Positions 48,416 to 61,506 are shown, counted from the whole stretch's first letter. The stretch: DNA of 62,985 nucleotides, filler included, from Chiloscyllium plagiosum (GCF_004010195.1; 11 parts of 11 records of this genome joined end to end with filler, not necessarily neighbours in it), one strand, 5' to 3'. The notes: generated from the letters alone by a model not told the origin. Made by a program: numbers and translations.

Positions 48416-49410
48416 GTCCCTCGCACTTCCTTGTCTCTCTCTCTCTCTCTGTCTCAGACAGTGATTGATGTGAACAGCACTGAATGAGGCCATTTGGCCC
48501 ATTGTATCTGTGCTGTTAAACAGCGATCTGATGACACTAATCCCATCCTCCAGCTCTTGGTCCATTACTCTGGAGGTTACAGCAACACAAGGGAATATCT
48601 AAACACTGCTCCAATGTCACAAGAGTTTGTGAGTCAACCAGCCTTTCAGGCAGTGAGTTCCAGTCTCCCACCACCCTCTGGGTGAAAACAGTTCTCCTCA
48701 ACTCTCCTCTCTCTCTCGAACTCGACTGTGCCTGGACTCACTGGAATTCAGATGGATGTATAACATTCTAACAGGGCTGGGCAGGGAGGAGGTTTCCCCT
48801 GGTTGGGGAGTCTGGAACCAGGGGACACAGTCTCAGGGGGATATGGGGTAGACCATTCCGAACTGAGATGAGGAAACATTTTTTCGCTCAGAGGGTGGTC
48901 AACCTGTGGAATTCTCTTCACTGAAGGCTGTGGAGGATAAGGAACTGAATATATTGAAAAAAAAAGAGAGAGATAATTGTGTGCATTTTAGCAGCTTGAA
49001 GGGAATAGGGAGAAAGCAGGAATATGGCTTTGAGATAGAGGATCAGCCATGATCATACTGAATGACAGAGCAGGCTCAAAGGGCCGAATGGCCAACTCCT
49101 GCAGCAGTTTCTATGTGTCCATGTCTGTGTTACCTTCAATCTCTGTCCCAGGTTATTGAGTCCTTGTCTCATGCAAAAAGTGCCTTCCTACCCACCCTAT
49201 CACTGCTCCGAACAATCTTATCTGCTCCAAGGAAAACAACCCCAACCTTTCCAACCTTTTCTCAAAGCTCACATTCAGGCAGCATTCTGGGAAATCTCCC
49301 CTGTGCCCTCTCAAGTACAATCACATCCTTCCCAGAATGTGGTGACCAGGACTTGTCCCTCTCTCTCTGTCTCACATCTGTGCCACATTGGATATTCACC
49401 CTCGATGTGA

Positions 49411-49652
49411 TTAGATTAGATTAGATTACTTTACATTACAGTGTGGAAACAGGCCCTTCGGCCGAACAAGTCCACACCGACCCGCCGAAGTGAAACGCAC
49501 CCATACCCCTACATTTACCCCTTACCTAACACTACGGGCAATTTAGCATGGCCAATTCACCTGATCCTGCACATCTTTGGACTGTGGGAGGAAACCGGAG
49601 CACCCGGAGGAAACCCACGCAGACACGGGGAGAACGTGCAAACTCCACACTG
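49411..49652 (-). mobile_element. HE1-type SINE cut by the contig end
   Basis: Near-identical to 61507-61740. Confidence 0.85.
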
Positions 49653-50189
49653 NNNNNNNNNNNNNNNNNNNNNNNNNNNNNNNNNNNNNNNNNNNNTTAA
49701 TTAATTAANNNNNNNNNNNNNNNNNNNNNNNNNNNNNNNNNNNNNNNNNNNNATCATGTACTTGGTTTCAGTCCACTTTTGCTAAGTCACTGCACAGTTC
49801 AGTAAAATATTTCATTCCCAAATGAAATTTTTTACACTTGCTCCATTGTTCTCCATTTCCATCCATACTCTCAATCTCCCTGAGTTCTGATCACTGTCAC
49901 TGAAATGCTCCCTTCCAGCTGCCCATATTCATTCCATAAACAATGGTCCAAAACTATCCCTTCTCTTTCACCATCACCCTCTCAGGGGCAATTAGGAAGG
50001 GGCAATGAATGCTGGACCTGGCAGTGACTCTCATATCCCAAGAAGCAATTTAAACAATACCTGTTCTTTTGTCGGGGTTTATTCTGTATTGACAACAAAT
50101 GTTCAATAAGATTGTATTGCCAGTGAATATACTGAGAGTCAAAATCCATTTGTTTGGCAGGGATTAAAATTGTTTCTCTTGTCTTTCAG

Positions 50190-50517
50190 GCCGTGAGAAC
50201 TCTGAGCCCAAGCTGACCCTGCTGCCCCCCTCCCCAGAGCAGGTCAATGCCAAGGGCACTGCCACCCTGGTGTGCCTTGCCAATCACTTCTATCCCGATG
50301 AGCTGGAGGTGCAGTGGAAGAAGGACGGTGCAGTCATTTCGGACGGGGTTCAGACCAGCAACTACCTGCGAGCTTCGGACAGCGCCTACAGTGTCAGCAG
50401 CCTGCTGACCCTCTCTGGGTCTGACTGGGAGTCCAACGCTTGCTTCTCCTGTGCCCTCACCCATGTGACCCTCCCGTCTCCCTCAGAAAGAGCATTAGGA
50501 GATCAGAATGTGTGTAG
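50190..50517 (+). pseudogene. IGKC: Ig kappa constant exon with a 1-nt deletion near the 3' end
   Basis: In frame from RENSEPKLTLLPPS through both Ig cysteines. The frameshift at about 50480 removes the terminal SECV and extends the ORF to 50602. It also has an R>C change (NACFSC). Confidence 0.88.
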
Positions 50518-50851
50518 AGTGTTTGAGACAGTCCACAGAGGAGACACAACTTTAATTAGAACAGGGCTGAGCTGGCAGGACCAAGGTCATTGTCAGCACT
50601 GAATTTAAACTCTCTTCCTTCTCAGGACTGCTCAGAGATACGTCTGAGGTTTGGATGTTGAAGTAGGTTACTGCGACAATGTTGAGAGACTTTACGCTAT
50701 GTCAAACCTCATGCTGTCCTTGTCCGGGGAGTGTTTGATGGGGAAGTGTTGACTGTATGCCGAGTAAAATCTCTTGAAGTTGCTGGAGACTGTCAGTTGT
50801 ACAAAACAATGTGACCCTCAGAAGTCTCTGCTTCAGTAAACCAGACCTTTT

Positions 50852-51153
50852 GGGCGGCACAGTGACACAGTGGTTAGCACTGCTGCCTCCCAGCGCCAGA
50901 GACCCGGGTTCAATTCCTGCCTCAGGCGACTGACTGTGTGGAGTTTACACATTCTCCCCGTGTCTGCGTGGGTTTCCTCCAGGTGCTCTAGTTTCCTCCT
51001 ACAGTCCAAAAATGTGCAGCTTAGGTGAATTGGCCACGCTAAATTGCCTGTAGTGTTAGGTGTAGGGGAATGGGTCTGGGAGGGTGCGCTTCGGCGGGTT
51101 GGTGTGGACTTGTTGGGCCGAAGGGCCTGCTTCCACACTTTAAGTAATCTAAT
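50852..51153 (+). mobile_element. HE1-type SINE inserted 3' of C-kappa 2
   Basis: Full length; the empty site is visible in the paralog at about 36397. Confidence 0.9.
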
Positions 51154-52769
51154 CTTCTTCCTGCTTAGCTGTCAGTTCCAATTTAAGGGCTTGTCACTGT
51201 TTAAAGGGACAGAATTCTCATGTTATTGAGCAAATCTCCACAAGTGTTTTCCTTAAGCTCCATTGTGGCTTGATTTTGAGCAGCTTTCTCTGTCTGGGCT
51301 GTTAATTGCAGTTTTTTTTCTGTCAATGTCAATCTGGAAAAAGGGAAAAAAGATGAAGATTCAGTCTCTGTCTCTGTGTACTTTGGAAATAGATGACCTC
51401 CACTACCCCTCCCCCCCAGTTGATTGGCTGCATTTCAGCAGGTCATCGTCACAATTGGTTGCTTGGCCTGTCAATCAATTACAATCATCATTCGTTAATC
51501 ATTTTCAAATGATCCCTTTGGTCAGGAATTTATGCAGGTTATAAGATTCCAAAACGAACAGAAACTGAAAGTTGTTAGGACTCAATAAATACAATCTGAC
51601 GCATTCCCTCCAGGCCTAGCTGATGGGATTGCCCTGTGCAATCTCTGCGGCATGTTGGGTAGCCCCTGAAACAATCTTCAGCCATTCACAGACATTGCTG
51701 ACTGTGTCTCTCACAGTGTGAGTGAGTGTTTTACTTTATGCTGCCTGTAGGTGTCTCTCTCAGTGTTACTCAGAGAGACACCTGCAGGCAGCATGGAGTG
51801 TGACCATGTTACTCAGTGCTGCCTGTCTCTCAGAGTGCGTGTGTTACTTAGTGCAACCTGTTGGTGTCTCTCTCAGTGCGANNNNNNNNNNNNNNNNNNN
51901 NNNNNNNNNNNNNNNNNNNNNNNNNNNNNNNNNNNNNNNNNNNNNNNNNNNNNNNNNNNNNNNNNNNNNNNNNNNNNNNNNNNNNNNNNNNNNNNNNNNN
52001 NNNNNNNNNNNNNNNNNNNNNNNNNNNNNNNNNNNNNNNNNNNNNNNNNNNNNNNNNNNNNNNNNNNNNNNNNNNNNNNNNNNNNNNNNNNNNNNNNNNN
52101 NNNNNNNNNNNNNNNNNNNNNNNNNNNNNNNNNNNNNNNNNNNNNNNNNNNNNNNNNNNNNNNNNNNNNNNNNNNNNNNNNNNNNNNNNNNNNNNNNNNN
52201 NNNNNNNNNNNNNNNNNNNNNNNNNNNNNNNNNNNNNNNNNNNNNNNNNNNNNNNNNNNNNNNNNNNNNNNNNNNNNNNNNNNNNNNNNNNNNNNNNNNN
52301 NNNNNNNNNNNNNNNNNNNNNNNNNNNNNNNNNNNCTGCCTGCCCAGCCAATGCTGGCTAACCATAGTTGTATTTCAGTTGTCAATTAGCCTGAAATTAG
52401 GAGCAGCAATATTACCTTCCAGGGAGGGGAGCTGTCTGAGGGAGGGAGGTTCAATTCTTGCAGCCCCAAGAGACGTTGCAGTGGATTAATGACAGGTATG
52501 ACCACCATGAAGGTGCCAAGTTCTCTCCTCCTGTCCCAGCTGTGATGCCCCTCAGGTTAAAAACGTGACTGTGCTCCTTTAGGATGGTGACCATGTTCCT
52601 GGGTGAGGTAGGGAGGGAAGGTCAGCCTCTCCCAAAGGCAGCACAGGCTGGATCGAAGGAGCATCAAAAGTAAGCATGGGGAGATTGAGGGAGACAGAAG
52701 GAGGGGGTTGGTTGGCAGGTTGTTATTCAGGGTCAGGTCCCAGGGTATCAGTCCTTCTGACACTCCCCT

Positions 52770-53576
52770 TTTCTTTTTTTTAGAATCTCTGACATTCCTG
52801 TTTATTTTTCTTTCTATTACCCCCACACTACCGCCTAACTGCAGTCGTTTTTTTTTATCCCCAGCACCCATTGTGTGTGTGTGTGTGTGCAGGTGTGAGA
52901 CACAGTGAGAGACACAAGATGTATGAATCTTTATTCAGTTTCCACCACCAGGAAGAAAGGAAACACCCGAGTGGCCTGAGACAAGCAGTGCCCTTCGCAT
53001 CAAAGGGCAATGCTGTGTGATCAAACAGTGAAGGGGAGGGCAGGGATTAAATCAAAATAGAGTTGGAGGGGGAGATAATGCACTCCACTCCCTGCGGCGC
53101 CCCCCTCTACCTGAACAACTCCAGGGTGTTGGTCGACACCGCGTGCTCCTTCTCCAAGGACACCCGGGCTCTAACATGACCGCGGAAGGACTGAAGTGGA
53201 ACCAAAAGCAGAGGAGGAGGTTTTTAAGAAAATCAAAAAGAGAGTGCAAACGCTCACACGCAACATATACATGGTCCACGGCCTCCACAGCAACACAGAA
53301 CAAGCAGTTGGGCTGGGAGTCCGTGAACCACCGCAATCTGCGGTTGCAGGGGACCGCTATGCGCAGCACCCTCCACCCCAGATCCCCGAGAGAAAGGGGG
53401 AGGTCTCCCACATAGAGAGCCCTCCACTGGGGATCCCCACCGCCCAATGGCAAATGGGCACGCCAAGGCGTGTCCGGACAGTGGATGAGGGAGAAGAGGT
53501 GGACGGTGTGCAGCAGCAGATACAGGGCTAGCCTTTTTACATTCTTAAAAGGGACAAAATTAAAATTCTGGAGGCG
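52770..53576 (-). mobile_element. Second copy of the Tx1-like element with an internal deletion of about 150 bp
   Basis: Near-identical to 22130-23030 ([11 protein letters not shown]...NCLFC). Confidence 0.88.
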
Positions 53577-53901
53577 NNNNNNNNNNNNNNNNNNNNNNNN
53601 NNNNNNNNNNNNNNNNNNNNTTAATTAATTAANNNNNNNNNNNNNNNNNNNNNNNNNNNNNNNNNNNNNNNNNNNNGGGGAGAAAGAGGAAAAAGGGAAA
53701 AGGGAGGGAGGAAGTTCGTAAGGATGAGTAAGAGAGAGAGAGAAGAGGAAGTGTGAGGGGATGACGTGGCTCTCTCTGCCCGATGCCATTTACATACTGA
53801 GGAACACCCAGTCAGACTCTCTCAGGCTGCAGCTTTATAAAGCAGAGCCCAGTGAAGGGAGAGTTTATCAGGAACCAGGCACAGGGACAGGAGCACACAC
53901 C

Positions 53902-54410
53902 ATGATTTCACACATCCAGCTTATCTGGCCCCTGGCATTCTGTGTCGCAAGTGCATCAGCAATTTCTCCTTCCAATCTGAATCTTTAACTCTCCATTTTA
54001 CTTCATTGTGATTGAAGGAAAAATGCTCAGTGTCTCCAACAATCTCTCATTTGACAGGCTCTTTCTGTGACAGTTCTGACTTCATTGTGTTTCTCTCTGA
54101 CCCCTCAGGTATCAGCGGAGACATCATCATGACCCAATCTCCCCTGGTGCTGTCAGTGGGACTGGGCCAGACCGCAACACTCACCTGTAAATCCAGTCAG
54201 AGTACCACGACTGAAGTTGAATGGTTCCAGCAGCAAGAAGGACAGAAACCCTCTCTCCTGATCTACAATGCAGTAGCACGATACACAGGAGTCTCCGACA
54301 GATTCACCGGGATAGAAGTGTCCAGCACACACTTCACCCTGACAATCAGCAACGTTCAGAATGAGGATGTCGCTGACTATTACTGTCAGCAAAGTTGGAG
54401 CTGGCCTTGG
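53902..54410 (+). CDS. IGKV: Ig kappa V segment 3 (leader 53902-53950, V exon 54109-54410)
   Basis: Open V ORF nearly identical to V1; the leader donor is weak (A|GTGCAT). Confidence 0.93.
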
Positions 54411-54438
54411 CACAGTGATACAGAGCCATACAAAAACC
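54411..54438 (+). promoter_or_regulatory. 12-bp-spacer RSS, consensus
   Basis: CACAGTG-ATACAGAGCCAT-ACAAAAACC. Confidence 0.95.
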
Positions 54439-54913
54439 TCAATACACACAGTCCCACCTCCTGCGCTGACACATCCCATAACCATACATAACATATAATA
54501 ATGAACACACAGTCACACTTATATGTAAACAAAACTTAACAAATTAGCTCCATGCCAGGCTTGTCACTATTCAGTCCCTGTGGTAGTCACTGTTCACTTC
54601 AAGCCTTGAGTTTCCTTATTACATTATGAGCACATGTGAAGAGCAATTGCAAGGGTGAACTTTGAAAAATAAAGTTCACAAATCTCCCAAACCCAGCTGG
54701 ACACAGCCCAGACAGAGAGACAGGGACTCAACAGAAAGAGAGAAATAGTTTGAGAAAAACAGAGATAAAAGAAGACATAAGTGACAGTGAGAAAGACAGT
54801 GAGAAGGTGAGAGTAAGTGACAGACAGAGAGGGACAGGGAGAAGGTGAAAGTGAATGAGCGACAGAGAGAGAAAGGAAAAGGGTGAGAGTGACAAAGGGA
54901 AGCAGAGACCAGC

Positions 54914-54975
54914 GGTTTTTGTACAGCCTCTGCACTGGGAGCTTACGCTCAGTAAAGGAACCAAGCTCAGACTGA
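54914..54975 (+). pseudogene. IGKJ: Pseudo J-kappa: RSS heptamer deleted, FGKG changed to LSKG
   Basis: Nonamer GGTTTTTGT plus 20 nt of spacer joined directly to the J coding sequence; 12 nt missing relative to the J at 47112-47185. Confidence 0.9.
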
Positions 54976-55474
54976 GTAAGTAAACCTCAATCCTCTGTTA
55001 TTAATCCTTTCAATACTGAAACATACTTTCTAAAACACAAATGCTGAAATGCTGAAGGTGTTAGTGGGAAGCTGCAGTGAATGAAATGGTTGATTGAGGA
55101 GCATTGTGTCTCACAGTGTGTACAGCTGTATTTCTTTAGTTCCATTACTCAGCAAGATATAAGTCAGTAAGTTTTACTCACTGTGTGGAGGAGCTCTTTC
55201 CATTTGCAGCCTGTGGTCCCATTCCTGCAGCATGGAGTGAAATCAGTGAGTAGCCTCCTGCCAGTCTCAGTGTGACGGATACGGGCAGAGTTTGATGTGA
55301 GCTCTGGCTCCCTGTCCCAGTCTCTGATCTCACTGACCTCAGCAGCAGCAGCAGCAGCAGCACAGTGAGACACCNNNNNNNNNNNNNNNNNNNNNNNNNN
55401 NNNNNNNNNNNNNNNNNNTTAATTAATTAANNNNNNNNNNNNNNNNNNNNNNNNNNNNNNNNNNNNNNNNNNNN

Positions 55475-55738
55475 ACAAACAATGACAAGCCAGTGAATCC
55501 CAGTATCGACAAGAGCACCGAGGTGATGGCGGAGAGTGACAACACCTCCTTCTTCATGTACAGCCTGTTATCCATTACAGCGGAAGAGTGGGCCAGCGCT
55601 ATTTCTTACTCCTGTGTGGTGGGACATGAAGCGATTCCATTGAAGATCATCAACAGAACAGTCGACAAATCCAGCGGTAAACCAATTTTCATAAACATTT
55701 CACTTGCACTGATGGACACTGTTAATTCATGTCAATAA
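55475..55738 (+). CDS. IGHM: IgM CH4 3' part plus secretory tailpiece (5'-truncated by the contig edge)
   Basis: [57 protein letters not shown]. Tail glycan site and penultimate Cys present; internal donor G|GTAAAC at 55677; AATAAA at 55734-55739. Confidence 0.93.
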   Translation, partial: TNNDKPVNPSIDKSTEVMAESDNTSFFMYSLLSITAEEWASAISYSCVVGHEAIPLKIINRTVDKSSGKPIFINISLALMDTVNSCQ

Positions 55739-58700
55739 AAATCTCAAAGTTGCATTTAATAATTCAACAAAAGTAAGAAAGTTATTTTTCCTCCAGTTGT
55801 GAGTTAAATACTGAATTAGTTGTTTCTCACTCTGACTTACATTGCATCTGTATAGTTAAAGTGGATTATTAACAGTTCTAGGACGAGTGTCTTGTGCAGT
55901 TAATGTTCTCTGCTCAGATACACCCTAGGTCAGAGACAGAGTAAAGCTCACTCATTGCAGGATTCCGCCAAGTACCGTATCCATCTGTTTTAAAAAAAAC
56001 ATTCAAGGTCAGGTTCGTAGGAGAGTAGTCTGACACAGAACAAACGACCAAGAGGCGAGTCTGCTAGAATATGGGCATTTTATTCCCCTTTGAACTTGGT
56101 GTTCTTGATTCCCCCGATTGGACATTCTTACAAAATTCATGTCAGTTCTAAACTGCCACATTGCACCAATTGGAAATGTAAATTTAAGACACTTTAAAAT
56201 TAAATTTGATTGGAACTTACCAATCGTAAAGAGTGCAGAACAGTTTGAATGTAACGTTTATGTCTGGGGAAATTCCAGGGATCTTGCACCAGCGCATGAG
56301 TTGACAGAATGTATCTTCACTGTCACATCAAAGAGAATTGACAGATAAGTTGTCGTGGAGCCCAGGGGAGGGGAACGATGAATGGTCTGTCCTCTTGCTC
56401 CCTGTGCAGAGTTTTCATGGTAGATGTCCTCTGTAATGTAACCCAGTTACTAACAGGAACAGTCAGCTTCTTGCTTACTGTCCAAAGATTTAACACTTCC
56501 ATTCAAAATAATACGTTTGAAACATGTTGGACACGCTTGGCTCTGTAAACAAATGATTAACATTGATTCCCATAATCCAAAACTGGTGTTTGCATCTTCC
56601 CGGTTTGAATTCCATAGTTTTGTCTCAGTTTTCTGGAGCACATGGGATCAATTCTGGTATTCGAATACCTGATATCATTTTGTTTCACATACAGAACACA
56701 AGTAGACATTTTCTAATAAACATATTCAGAAATGTTATCTCTGGGGCAGTGGGGATTTGAACACACGCCTTTTCTCTCAGAGACAGAAATTCTATCACTG
56801 CAACAGAAGAGTTGCTCATAAAATGCTTATCTCTCCACGACGATGGGAAATGTTTCCTGCAACACCAATGTCGAATCTAATTATGGGCAATCCAGTAAAA
56901 TTAGAACAATAAATCAGAATAATAAAAATTGCAGTCTGGTATAAGAACAGATACAGAGAGATGATCGCAAATACACACGCAATGACATATATACGGGCTC
57001 TCACCTAAAGACACATATTTATGTGCACACTCAAATGTGCAAATAGATAAGATGTCACACATGCATGCTCGCACAGAGCCACACATACAAGTGGTACTTG
57101 AACACTCACCTATGCTCATACAAAAACTCACATACACCGAATGAAAATCATTTGCCCAAATGAACAGGGATACTCACACATAACTATGAGAAACATAGAC
57201 ACACGGTAACACACAAATGGGCATGAATACATATACATTCATACAGCACAATGCATACAGACATACATGCATGAACACAGAGATACAAATTTTGAAAAAT
57301 GTCCTCCCACATGTCAACTCACGCAGGCATGTAAGTGCACGGAGATAAATATTAATATCATTATTTTCCCATTTTCAGAATCACAAACATACGATGACAA
57401 GAGGCAGCTTAATTAGTTATTTTTAAAACACATTGATCAGCATTTATACCATATCACACGTACACACAAATTCAGAGTCTCACATGCAGACACACAAGTG
57501 CATAGATGAACAAATAGAGGGGCGTTTATTAAATAAGGAGAATGGGCACAAGCGTCAGCAAGCATCCACAAACAATAACACAAACAAGCTTATCAGGGGA
57601 TGGTTTGGGAAAGATTGCCACACAAGCAAACATCATCATATCATATAAACATCCATCAAAACATAACATTGCATNNNNNNNNNNNNNNNNNNNNNNNNNN
57701 NNNNNNNNNNNNNNNNNNTTAATTAATTAANNNNNNNNNNNNNNNNNNNNNNNNNNNNNNNNNNNNNNNNNNNNTTCCACACTGTAAGTAATCTAATATA
57801 AAAAAAAACACATTCATTTCGACCACAACCTAATCCTCTGGCTCCATTCCAATAATAATAATACTTAATGGGCATTACTGTTTCCCATATTATTCTTTTA
57901 TGAACGAGCCTGTGTCGTCTTAAAATATTTTCCTTTATTTTGACTGCTATTATTTTCTCATGGTCCCTTTTGCTCTTCTCATGGTCTGTTTGATGTCGAG
58001 AGCCCGCTACATTCTTGGTCCCACACAGTGGCTTCCTGGGAAATGTCCTCCCTGTGCTTTTCCTATTTCTTTCTTAAATGTGTCACACTGCTATGATTTA
58101 GATTTACCACTAAGTTCCAGTCCACTCTGGTCAAATTATTACCTGATCATATTAACATTGTCCTTCCCCCTTCAGAACTTTGGGCCAATTTCTATCTCTT
58201 TCCAGAACTAGCTGGAATCCAACAGATTTATGATCACTGTCTGCACTGTCCATTAATGTTTTACCCACTGGGTCGACTTCATTCCCTAAAGTTAAGTCCA
58301 GGTTCACCCCTTTCTTGCAAGGTCTGGATTAAAATTCTCTGTATTAAACACATACTTTGTTAAAATATTCTCCTGGGGACATTTTCAGAATTCTGCTTCC
58401 TCTAAACTTTTGACAAAATGAATATCCAAGCCTATACTGAGGAAGTTAAAAACCTCTTTTCTCATTCTCCTATTTAATTTATGTTACTCTGAAATTTGCC
58501 CATGTATCTGCACTTGCTCTTTTGGACCTATAGTAAGGTCTTATTGTGCTCTCCCAGTAGTTATGTTTACTGTATTTTGGTTTTGAAGTACTGTCCATTT
58601 GCCTTCATTCGAGGAGGTATCCATGATTTCATTTCTCTTTCCAGCTAAAAATACTCCTGTTAGAATTGCGACAGAAGCAACATTCTGTACCGTACACCCC

Positions 58701-59129
58701 ACTCCCATCCTTTTCCATCTTTCCCTGTCTCACCTGAAGGTACTAAATCCTGAAATATTCAATAGCCACTCCTGCCCCACTCTCAATATGTCTCCATGTT
58801 AACAACCGCATCATTTCCTCATTTATGCCGGTAATTGATCTGCCTTGTTCAACAGACTCTTTCATTAAAACGAATACCATCCAACGTTGCTCTCTCCCTT
58901 CTGATTTAACCGGCCTATAGTTTCTATGCCTCCTTGACTCCCTTGCTGTGTCCTCTAATTTTAGTCCTTCACATTCCCCAATGATCTTTCTGTGTGGATC
59001 CCAGCTTCTCCAGCACTCTGCACAATTATGATTCTTGTATCCATTAACCACAAGAAACCTTAATATATGAGAACTGACTGTATTTGTTATGAAATTCGTC
59101 GGATAATGTATGCGATGTGTTTCCTAAAG

Positions 59130-59441
59130 GTACAGCTCCTCTCCCACCAACCCTTCTCCTAACTGTGAGCTCCAGTGAAGACATCGCAAGCAGCAAGTTT
59201 GCAACCGTCGTCTGTTCAATCATCGAGTTCCGTCCGAAGTCAATCTCCGTGAGTTGGTTGAAAAATGGCAGACCCTTGGATTCTGGCTTCTTCACGTCTC
59301 CCGTGTGTGAGGCGAACGGGAACTTCTCGGTGACGAGTCGGCTGATGGTCCCTTATGGTGAATGGTACAACAGCGCGGTCTATCCCTGCCAGGTCACTCA
59401 TAGAGAGAACACTCAAAGTAAAAACATCACCGCACTCCAGG
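59130..59441 (+). CDS. IGHM: IgM CH2 exon
   Basis: [37 protein letters not shown]...[16 protein letters not shown]...CQVTH; 312 nt with AG/GT boundaries, phase 1. Confidence 0.88.
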
Positions 59442-60188
59442 GTAAGAGACACAGACTGAGAGAGCTACAAATCACTCTGAACTCGGATGTGAATCAAACA
59501 CACTAATTTATCAGGCGTAGTAAACAGCACGGTACAGCTTCTCATTTCCCAATATGCCATGTGTCTCTTATTTCAGTTTGAGTGTTACATTAGCATAGCT
59601 CATAATTCAACATTTTGGCAAGTCAGAAAAGTATGTTTCCTCTCTTTGATGATAGTTATATAGACAGTGAGCTTTGTTAAATAGTTTGTTGCCTGACCAT
59701 GCAGAGAGAGGAATTCAGAGTGCTGAATCCTTGCCTGGTAATGGCTTCAAGGATAAGTTTNNNNNNNNNNNNNNNNNNNNNNNNNNNNNNNNNNNNNNNN
59801 NNNNTTAATTAATTAANNNNNNNNNNNNNNNNNNNNNNNNNNNNNNNNNNNNNNNNNNNNAACCTCCTCCCCTTTCCCTGACACTGAGTCCAGTCACTTC
59901 ACATTTAACCCGATCACACTGACACTGCTCCAAATGAGCAATGCTGCTCTGATTCTCCCTGCCCAGGGACTGCCCTCTCCCCTGTTTCAGTCCAGAGAGA
60001 TCTTTGTTCATGTCCCGAACTCCTTTTCCCATCGTGTCGCCAGTGCCAGGAATCAGCAGTGAATAATCCCATTTCCCCATTCCCAGGACCAGCAGATCCC
60101 AACACAGTCAGGATGGGAATGAAGCTGTGCTGGTAGCTGGGGGTGGGTGTGTGATAATTCCCCCGTTTTACTGATTCCCCTGACTGTA

Positions 60189-60227
60189 GATTTTTGTACC
60201 AGGCCAGCCCCATTTCGTCTCGCTGTG
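60189..60227 (-). promoter_or_regulatory. 23-bp-spacer RSS of VH
   Basis: CACAGCG-23-ACAAAAATC. Confidence 0.9.
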
Positions 60228-60696
60228 TCTCTCGCACAGTAATACATGGCAGTGTCATCCACTCTCAGATTCGGAATCTCAATGTAGGTTTTTGTTGAAG
60301 ATTTGATTGAAAACGTGATTCGACCCTGAACTCCGGGTGCGTAGTAAGTGCTGTATCCTTGATTGTAAGAAAGTATCCATTCCAGCCCTTTCTCGGGGAC
60401 CTGTCTCACCCAGTGTGTCCTGTAGCTATACAGGCTGTACCCACTCACTGTACAGGTCAGTCTGACAGACTCCCCCGGCTTTTTCACAACTGACTCAGGC
60501 TGTGTCAGCACGATCTGAGAGCGGACACCTGTGAATAAAAGAGAAACAGAAGAGAGCTCACTTTAATAAGCCGGTCAGATAAACAGAGAGTCCCAGAATC
60601 TGGGAAGAAGCAGCCTCATTGTGTGGGGAGAAAGCCCTGGGCACCCTCACCTGTCAGACAGAGCAGGAGGACACAGAGATAAGGAGTAATCCCCAT
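60228..60696 (-). CDS. Ig heavy V segment, IgW-like (leader 60651-60696, V exon 60228-60528)
   Basis: Leader MGITPYLCVLLLCLTG; QIVLTQPESVVKKPGESVRLTCTVSG...WVRQVP.KGLEW...YAPGVQGRITFS...DTAMYYCAR. FR1 resembles IgW rather than the IgM type (QPEAETGKPG). Confidence 0.88.
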
Positions 60697-61019
60697 CGTT
60701 GTGTGGAAGCAGAGACAGAGTCAGACACTCCAGAAATCTGGCTGCTTCAGGGCACCTTTGTCTGGAGTTGGAGTCAGTGCTGTTTAAATAGGGGAGTGAA
60801 GTGAGTGAGGGTTCACCAACTTCCCCAGCAGCTCCACCCACTGAAACCAGAAACAGAGCTTCCTGTCCCCACCTCCAGCAGAGATTTCAATTCTCTCCAA
60901 CAGATCAGCAGCGATAATCAGGTTAAAGATCCTGTCACACTCTGTCCTGGTTCATTATTTCAAAATTAAAGAGCTTGTGAACAACAAACAAACTGAGAGG
61001 CACTAGTCTGCGTATAAAC

Positions 61020-61500
61020 AGCCCCCTGAGAGAGAAGGGACTGAGAGACACCAGTCAGTGCACAGATATCCCCCTGAGAAAGAGAGAGGGGACTGAGAGA
61101 CTCCAGTCGGTGTACAGATATCTCCCTGAGAGAGAGAGGGGACTGAGAGACACCAGTCAGTGTACAGATATCTCCCTGAGAGAGAGGGGGGACTGAGAGA
61201 CACCAGTCAGTGTATAGATATCCCTCTGAGAGAGAGAGAGGACTGAGAGACACCAGTCAGTGTACAGATATCTCCCTGAGAGAGAGGGAGGGGGAACTGA
61301 GGGACAACAGTCAACTGCAGATATTTCCCCTGAGAGGGGTGACTAAGAGACACCAGTCAGTGTCCAGGTATCTCCCTGAGAGAGAGGGGGGACTGAGAGG
61401 CATCAGTTAGTGTACAGATATTTCCCTGAAAGACAAGGGTCTGAGAGACACAAGTCAGTGTCCTGGTATCTCTCTGAGAGAGAGAGGACTGAGAGATGCC
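61020..61500. repeat. Minisatellite of about 48-50 bp, about 10 copies, upstream of VH
   Basis: Unit GACTGAGAGACACCAGTCAGTGTACAGATATCTCCCTGAGAGAGAGGGG with variable GA/G runs. Confidence 0.9.
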
Positions 61501-61506
61501 AGTTCA

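Noticed and set aside
15948-52489. Long ORFs containing X runs
   Set aside because: Artefacts of translating through N gaps
47743-54975. Germline-joined VJ light chain genes
   Set aside because: All V segments retain RSS sequence and lie about 0.5-0.6 kb from J where J is visible; none is fused
59880-59945. Possible DH segment (CACACTG heptamer-like)
   Set aside because: No acceptable nonamer at 12 or 23 bp and no second flanking RSS
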